Shown one piece after another: positions 58,136-64,000 of a stretch of DNA of 64,000 bases (position 1 is the stretch's first letter; every line of letters begins with the position of its first letter). The notes beneath the pieces were generated by a model, which saw only the letters and a program-made list of their open reading frames with translations, made no database searches and was not told where the DNA came from. Both the position numbers and the translations under genes were made by a program. Source of the stretch: Longimicrobiales bacterium (GTDB taxonomy: Bacteria; Gemmatimonadota; Gemmatimonadetes; Longimicrobiales; Gaopeijiaceae); contig CBDFMQ010000002.1 of the NCBI GenBank assembly GCA_965249725.1, forward strand, positions 1,856,001 through 1,920,000, read 5' to 3'.

Positions 58136-59449
58136 ATGATCAAGCGACCTTTCCTACTTGCTGCCGTGGCCCTCTTGGGTGTGGCGGCGCTTGTACCGGC
58201 AACCCCAGCCGTGGCCCAGGAAGACGCCGAAAAGCGCGGGAGCGACAACATCGAGGTCGTCTCGCACATACCCCTCGGCCCGAGAGTGTCCGACATCGAG
58301 ATCGAGCAGGACATGGATCGCCCCTAAGCCTATGTCGCGCGTCAGGACGGCGGGCTGGACATTATCGACCTACACGATCCGTACGACGCCAAGGTCATCC
58401 ACCGCTGGCGCATCGAGAACCAGGATCTCCACATCGGGTCCGCCGGGAAGGACATCAAGATCTTCAGTTGGGAGGGCCGACACTACGTGGTCCACTCCGT
58501 CCAGTTCCGCCAGGGGGGGCCGGACGCGGATCTCGGCGCCATCGTCTTCGACGCCACGGGCCTCCCCGATGTCTCGACGTGGAAGGAAGTGGGGCGCATC
58601 CAGGGTCCCGGTGAGTTCGCCGGCTTCCACAACATCTACGTCTACAACCACAGTAACGGCCGCCCGCTCTTGATCTCGACGGTAGCGGGACCGTTCGCCA
58701 ACGTCTACGACCTCGGCTATGTGGTCGAGGGTCGGCTCGACGATGCGCTCGTGGCTCAGATCCCCGTACCTCAGCCGGAGAATGTCCCGCCGGGTCGCTC
58801 GGGATACCATGACTTCTACGCAGGCTATCACGCCGACAGCGAGACGGACCGCTTCTACGGCGGAGGCACCGGCGGCTATTACGTCTACAACATTACCGAC
58901 CTCGAGAACCCGGAGCTGATGGTGAGCCTGACGGGAATCAACGGGGTCGGGCGAGGGCATACCTTCACACCTTCTCCCGACGGCCGTTATGTGGTCGCCG
59001 AGGTCGAGTACAAGTACGCGCCGCTCCGGATCTTCGACCTGAAACCGGGCCTCGACGGAGAGGTGGCGAACATCAACCGACCGATCTCGGCGTGGACGGC
59101 CGACTGGGAGCACCTGTCCCACAATCACGAGGTGCGCTGGCCGTTCGTGTTCGTCTCCGCCTACGTCGACGGCCTGCAGGTCTTTACCCTGTCGGATCCG
59201 AAGAACCCCAAGACCGTGGGTCACTACGACACCTACCTGGAGCCTGAGGGAGGGGGCGGCGGCTGCTGGGGTGTGGACGTGCGCAACGCGGACGGCCTGA
59301 TCGTGGTGTCCGACATCCGAACGGGGTTCTGGGCGTTCAAGATGGAGGGCTTCAACGGCTGGAACGGCCTGGATTGGGGTCAGCCCAACATCTCGAGCGC
59401 TCAGGATTGGGAGAACGGCCCGGCCGTGCAGGCGAGGACGCGGAACTAA
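58136..59449 (+). pseudogene. Secreted LVIVD-repeat beta-propeller with an in-frame TAA at 58325
   Basis: EQDMDRP*AYVARQDGGLDIIDL continues in frame into ORF 58487..59449. Confidence 0.7.
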
Positions 59450-59606
59450 GGAGGTTACCCCGCGGGACGCCTCCGGCGGAGGGTGAAGGCTCGAATGGGG
59501 TACACTTGTTGGTGCTTCAGTGGGTCGCCGCGCGTCTCAGAATCAGGACCGCGGCCGTAGCATACCGCGACTGCGGCAATCGCTTGTCAAGCCGCCGCGC
59601 CCACGG

Positions 59607-60780
59607 TCAGAGCCCACCAACGGGCTGCGCCTCGTCGGGCCCACTTTCGCGGAGGCGCTCTGCCTGGCGCTCGTCGAGGAATGCGATCACAGCCACGCCG
59701 ACAAGCGCGATGCCGAGCGTGACGATGGGCGGCATGCCGGCCACCAGGTAGAGTGCAAGCGCGGCGGCACTGGCAATCAAAACGCGTCGCACCGGCGTCC
59801 CGCACGTGGCACGCCACATCGCTAGGGCCGTGCCACCAACGAAGAGCATGAGTCCGAGCGCGATCGCAAGGCGACCCGAGCCTGGGAGCGGCTCTGTAGG
59901 GTGAGCCAGGGCCTCCTCGAGCCCCACAGCATAGGCGATCACGCCACACAGCATGGGGAAGTGGCCGAAGGTCAACGCGTCCCGCGCAACGTTGGTGCGG
60001 ACCCTGCCCTCCGTTCGCTTCAGCGCGGCCTCCAACTCCGGCTTTGCGATCGGAAAGTAGGTCCACCACAGTCCGCACGAGATCGCCACGGCCAGGACGG
60101 CGGTGAGGAGCAATTGTCCCTGCAGCTCCGCACCGACCAAGGCTGCTGCCGCGACGATCAGTGACTCCCCAAGGGCGATTATCACGATCAGGCCGTGGCG
60201 CTCCGCGAAGTGCTCGGGGTGGATCTCCCACGCCCCATCGTCGCCCGCCGATGTAGCTGCGACGAAGTCCAAGAAGATCGTCATGCCCCACAAGTACAGC
60301 AGGGTGGAGCCGCCGAGGAATCCGCCCAACAAGGCTGTCCCTAAGCCGCCGATCGACAGCGCTCCAAAGCTCTTCACCGCCCTGCGCATCGTGGGGTGAG
60401 CGACTTCACGCGACCCATAGGTAGAGGCTCAAGCCTACGACGCGAACACCCACATACGTGCCGGCGAACCAAAGCGCGCCGTTCCCCTCTTCGAATACGC
60501 TCGGGATCGACACCGCCATGAAGAATGCGATAGCGGTCGCGACAAGCGTTGCGAACTCGACGAACGGATGTGTTGTGTCAGCAGCGTTAAGCGCCCACGT
60601 GAACTGCGTCCACGCCCACCAGACCATCCAGAAGACGAGGACGGTCTTCCCGGCCCCAACCCAGGTAAGGTCGTGGTGCAGGAGTCCGACAAGCTGGGTG
60701 ACCCCGAAGACGAACACGAGGTCGAAGAAGAGCTCGACGAAGGTGGCGCTCTGACCGATGGGGGAGACGATTGCCCTCAT
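59607..60780 (-). pseudogene. ltrA: Low temperature requirement protein A family, frameshift/stop near 60400
   Basis: FVELFFDLVFVF in the 5' ORF and HFAERHGLIVIIALGES in the 3' ORF, in different frames. Confidence 0.75.
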
Positions 60781-61024
60781 CGTGCGCGCTCCCCCAGATC
60801 ACCACATGTGCGAACGGTACAGATTTGTGGCCCGTACGAGTCTGCCTCACCAGAGTCGAAGAGAGGCAGAATGTGCGGATGCTCCAGGTTGGCTGTGCGG
60901 GAGACTGAATCGGACATCGCTCGTTCCTCAGCATCGGAGGATCAAACGGACCAACATCCTATCCGCAGGTCGGGAAGCGCAAGAATAACAGTGTCCAGGT
61001 GCTGAGGTCGAGTTCCTGAGGGGG

Positions 61025-62989
61025 TCACGGCAGCGCGAACACCAGGATATCGGAGTTGCCGGCAACCGCTACGAACTGCCGGCCCTCGACCATATACGTC
61101 ATTGGTGACGCCTTCCAGTTCTGGTTGGCCCGGAAGCGCCAAAGCGGCCGCCCCTCTGCAGCGTCCGCCGCCGCGAAGGCTCCGCTGTCGTCACCGTAGA
61201 AGACCAACCCGCCCGCGGTACTGAGCACTCCACCCCAGGTCTCGGCGCGTCCGACCTGTGGGATCTCCCAGACGATCTCGCCGGTGTCGACGTTGATCGC
61301 ACGCAGGTACTTCTTGCCCGACTCTCCCGGGACCAGCCGGTAAGATCCGCCGTAGAAGGACTCACCCTCCCGCCACCACTCGTCCGACTTCGTGTAGATG
61401 TTGCACCTTTCGAGAGCCATCACATAGAAGAGTCCCGTCGCGGGGCTGAACGCCGTCGACATCCAGTTGTTGGCGCCCTCAATGGCTGGACACACCTTCA
61501 CTCCCTCGTACGTGGGCTCGGCTCCGGGGAGTAGCACCGGCCGCCCATCCGATCCGATCTCGCTCGCCCAGGTCAAGCTGTCCACGAACGGCTCTGCCAG
61601 GAGCAACTCGCCGCTCAACCGATCCAGCACGTAGAAGAACCCGTTGCGGCTCGCCTGGGCGAGCAGCCTCCGTTCGGTACCGCCGAAGGGCGCGTCGATG
61701 AGCATGGGGGTCTGCTGGGCGTCCCAGTCGTGCACATCGTGCGGTGTGTACTGGAAATACCACGAGAGCGAGCCATCGTCGGGATCGAGTGCGAGCACGG
61801 AGCTCGAGTACAGGTTGTCGCCCAAGCGCTCGTCACCGTTGAAGTCGGGGCATGGGTTGCCGGTGGTCCAATAAAGCAGGTCGGCTGCGGGATCGTAGGT
61901 CCCGGTAAGCCACGCGGTCGCGCATCCGTGCTCCAGGGCCCGGCCGATCCACGTCTCCGAGAGCGGCTCGCCTGGAAGGGGAATCGTCCAGAAGCGCCAG
62001 AGCTCCCGACCTGTAGCGGCACTGTATGCCGCCAGGAAGCCACGCACCCCCTCGTCGCCGCCCGACGTTCCCGAGATCACCATGTCCTTGACCACCAGGG
62101 GGGCCGATGTGGCGCCGTAGTGCTCGCGGTGGTCGGCCATCTCCGTCTCCCAGATCAGGCCGCCGGTTCGCCGGTGCAGCGCGATCAAGTGAGCATCGTC
62201 GGTCGCCAGGAAGACGCGGTCGTCCAGCACCGCCACCCCACGGTTGATGCCGGCGTCTCCCGGGATGCCACGGGTGCGAGGCCGAGAGTAGTGCCAGATC
62301 TCCCTTCCAGTCGTGGCATCGAGGGCGAAGACCTGGTTGGCCGTCGTCGCGTACATGGTGCCATCCACCACGATCGGCGTGACCCGCAGGCGACTCGCGT
62401 TCCGTATGGGAAAGATCCACTCCACCGACAGGTCGACCACGTTGTTCACATCGATCTGATCGAGTGCGCTGTGCCGGTTCCCGTTCAGCCGGCCGTCGTA
62501 GGTGGGCCACTCTCCCGGTCGGGGATCAGCGATCTCGGCAAAGGGGATCGGCCGAGGTGGCTCGATCATCGCCGCTCGGTCCGCGACGACGGGCCTTTCG
62601 GCCGCCGCGGCCACGAGTGATCGCACGAACGTGACCAAGGTCTCCAGCTCGCTCGCATCGAGTGACGAGGCCGGCATGCCGCTCTCGGGGATCCCCACCT
62701 GGATCAAGGATCGAAGCGCCTCGGGTGCCGTCGCACCGACTCCATCGCTGCGAACGATGCTCGGGCCGAGCTCACCGCCCGCTCCGTCGCCCCCATGGCA
62801 CCTGACACACGATCCCTCAAAGATCCCACGGCCGGACCGCAGTCGGTCCGGCTCCGAAGGCTCCTGTGCACCGATCACTGCCTGGGGGAAGAAGCTAGCG
62901 AGCAATCCGAGCGTGACCGCTAAGGACGGGCCTGCGCGACCCGGCCCGCCGCCGAGGATTCGAAACCTTCGTTCGGGTCGATCGGGCAT
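61025..62989 (-). CDS. PQQ-dependent dehydrogenase-like protein with an N-terminal cytochrome c
   Basis: CVRCH heme motif; ALDATTGREIW, YWTTGNP, PHDVHDWD, SPMTY..GRQFVAV. Confidence 0.88.
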   Translation of the reverse strand: MPDRPERRFRILGGGPGRAGPSLAVTLGLLASFFPQAVIGAQEPSEPDRLRSGRGIFEGSCVRCHGGDGAGGELGPSIVRSDGVGATAPEALRSLIQVGIPESGMPASSLDASELETLVTFVRSLVAAAAERPVVADRAAMIEPPRPIPFAEIADPRPGEWPTYDGRLNGNRHSALDQIDVNNVVDLSVEWIFPIRNASRLRVTPIVVDGTMYATTANQVFALDATTGREIWHYSRPRTRGIPGDAGINRGVAVLDDRVFLATDDAHLIALHRRTGGLIWETEMADHREHYGATSAPLVVKDMVISGTSGGDEGVRGFLAAYSAATGRELWRFWTIPLPGEPLSETWIGRALEHGCATAWLTGTYDPAADLLYWTTGNPCPDFNGDERLGDNLYSSSVLALDPDDGSLSWYFQYTPHDVHDWDAQQTPMLIDAPFGGTERRLLAQASRNGFFYVLDRLSGELLLAEPFVDSLTWASEIGSDGRPVLLPGAEPTYEGVKVCPAIEGANNWMSTAFSPATGLFYVMALERCNIYTKSDEWWREGESFYGGSYRLVPGESGKKYLRAINVDTGEIVWEIPQVGRAETWGGVLSTAGGLVFYGDDSGAFAAADAAEGRPLWRFRANQNWKASPMTYMVEGRQFVAVAGNSDILVFALP

Positions 62990-63089
62990 TGGCCAGTCCT
63001 TAGTCTGGAGTCCGCTATGGCGGCGGTCGCACCGCTCGCCACATGGTGGGATCCATGTTAGCAGGGGAGTGCCCCCGATCGCACGGTTT

Positions 63090-63575
63090 TCAGTTGAGAT
63101 TGTCCCATTCTTGCTGGGTCGCGCGCTGACGCTGGTATTCCATGAGCATCAGCCACTTCCCGTTCTTCTTCACCAGGAGGGCATCGAAGTGAACTAGAGC
63201 AACCCTTTCAGTCCCACCGCTCGGGGTGTTGGCGTCGCGGAAGATCCCGGTCTCGTGCGCGGTGACCTCGTCGTGGAGTCGCTGAGTGAATCGAAACGCA
63301 ACACTAGCTGAAGCGCCTTCCTCTCGGTTGGCGGCGAACTCGGGCTCAGCACCGACCATGAAGGTCGAGTTCAGTTGGCTAGTCCCCGAGTTCATAGAGA
63401 CCAAGACTGCGTCTGGATGATAGAGCGCGCCGTACGCTTCGAAATCACCCTCCGCCACAGTACGGCTCAGGGCAGCCCAATAGGCGTCGAGCTCTGCCAC
63501 GACCTGGGCCTCAGCCGTGATTGGGACGAGTAGGATCGATGCGGCAAAGCCGAGTCGGATCAACAACGTTGGCAT
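63090..63575 (-). CDS. Secreted NTF2-like (DUF4440-like) protein
   Basis: Signal peptide, EGDFEAYGALYHPDAVLV, C-terminal GKWLMLMEYQ. Confidence 0.65.
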   Translation of the reverse strand: MPTLLIRLGFAASILLVPITAEAQVVAELDAYWAALSRTVAEGDFEAYGALYHPDAVLVSMNSGTSQLNSTFMVGAEPEFAANREEGASASVAFRFTQRLHDEVTAHETGIFRDANTPSGGTERVALVHFDALLVKKNGKWLMLMEYQRQRATQQEWDNLN

Positions 63576-64000
63576 CGTCGGCCACCGTGGTGTCTCGAGG
63601 ATTGCTTCAGGATTGATCGGCCTCCCCATTAGCCGGGCTACACGGAAGGTCGGCTGCGTACGGAAAAGTGGTGGGAACGGCTGTTGCGCGCGAGCGTGCG
63701 TCTAGATCGTCAGGGCTCACCGAGGGCGCACCGCGTACCCCTCGCGTTGCTGCCTGTGCTGCTACGCCTTCTAACCCTCCGCATAACCCGTCTAGGCGTT
63801 GGCCGCTCTATTCGAGCTGGCTGCTCGTCGCGTAGCGGACCGTCGCAGCTGACGTGGCGCGGCGCGCTGTTTGGTATCATTCTGGCACGAACCTGGCCAG
63901 GGTCCCTCGGCTGGCCGACTAGCGCCGTACATAAGGACACCTCATCACGGGGGATCAGAGCAAATGAAGACGTCGACCGCGATCAAATCCGCTTCGGCGG

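Noticed and set aside
63690..63880. Possible integron attC-like site (TAAC...GTTGG, GCAGCTGACG)
   Set aside because: I could not build properly paired R and L boxes, and there is no integron integrase or second copy.

Overview
GC-rich bacterial chromosomal window; gene content suggests Gemmatimonadota or a similar lineage (inference only). The left ~37 kb is mostly housekeeping and envelope genes (uvrA, ABC exporter, waaA, MutS-like, leuS, tkt, nfuA, phhB, rsgA), followed by a more accessory stretch (vapBC, two MscS genes, peptidase and POT transporter). At 47.2-50.0 kb is a minus-strand operon of 17 intact tRNA genes; a separate tRNA-Pro(GGG) at 54.6 kb anchors a small decayed island. Two main observations: (1) five copies of a 69-87 nt structured insert (GCCGAGGCG-variable hairpin-CGCCGAGAC-GNA-triloop hairpin) sit at the same T-loop position (TTCGA^ATCC) in duplicated copies of four different tRNA genes, each near an intact copy; (2) a 30-codon Ser/Thr-rich leader ORF with terminator/antiterminator geometry lies inside the tRNA operon, suggesting ribosome-mediated attenuation of tRNA genes. 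Several single-base frameshifts are probably sequencing errors. All calls were made by eye; no searches were run.
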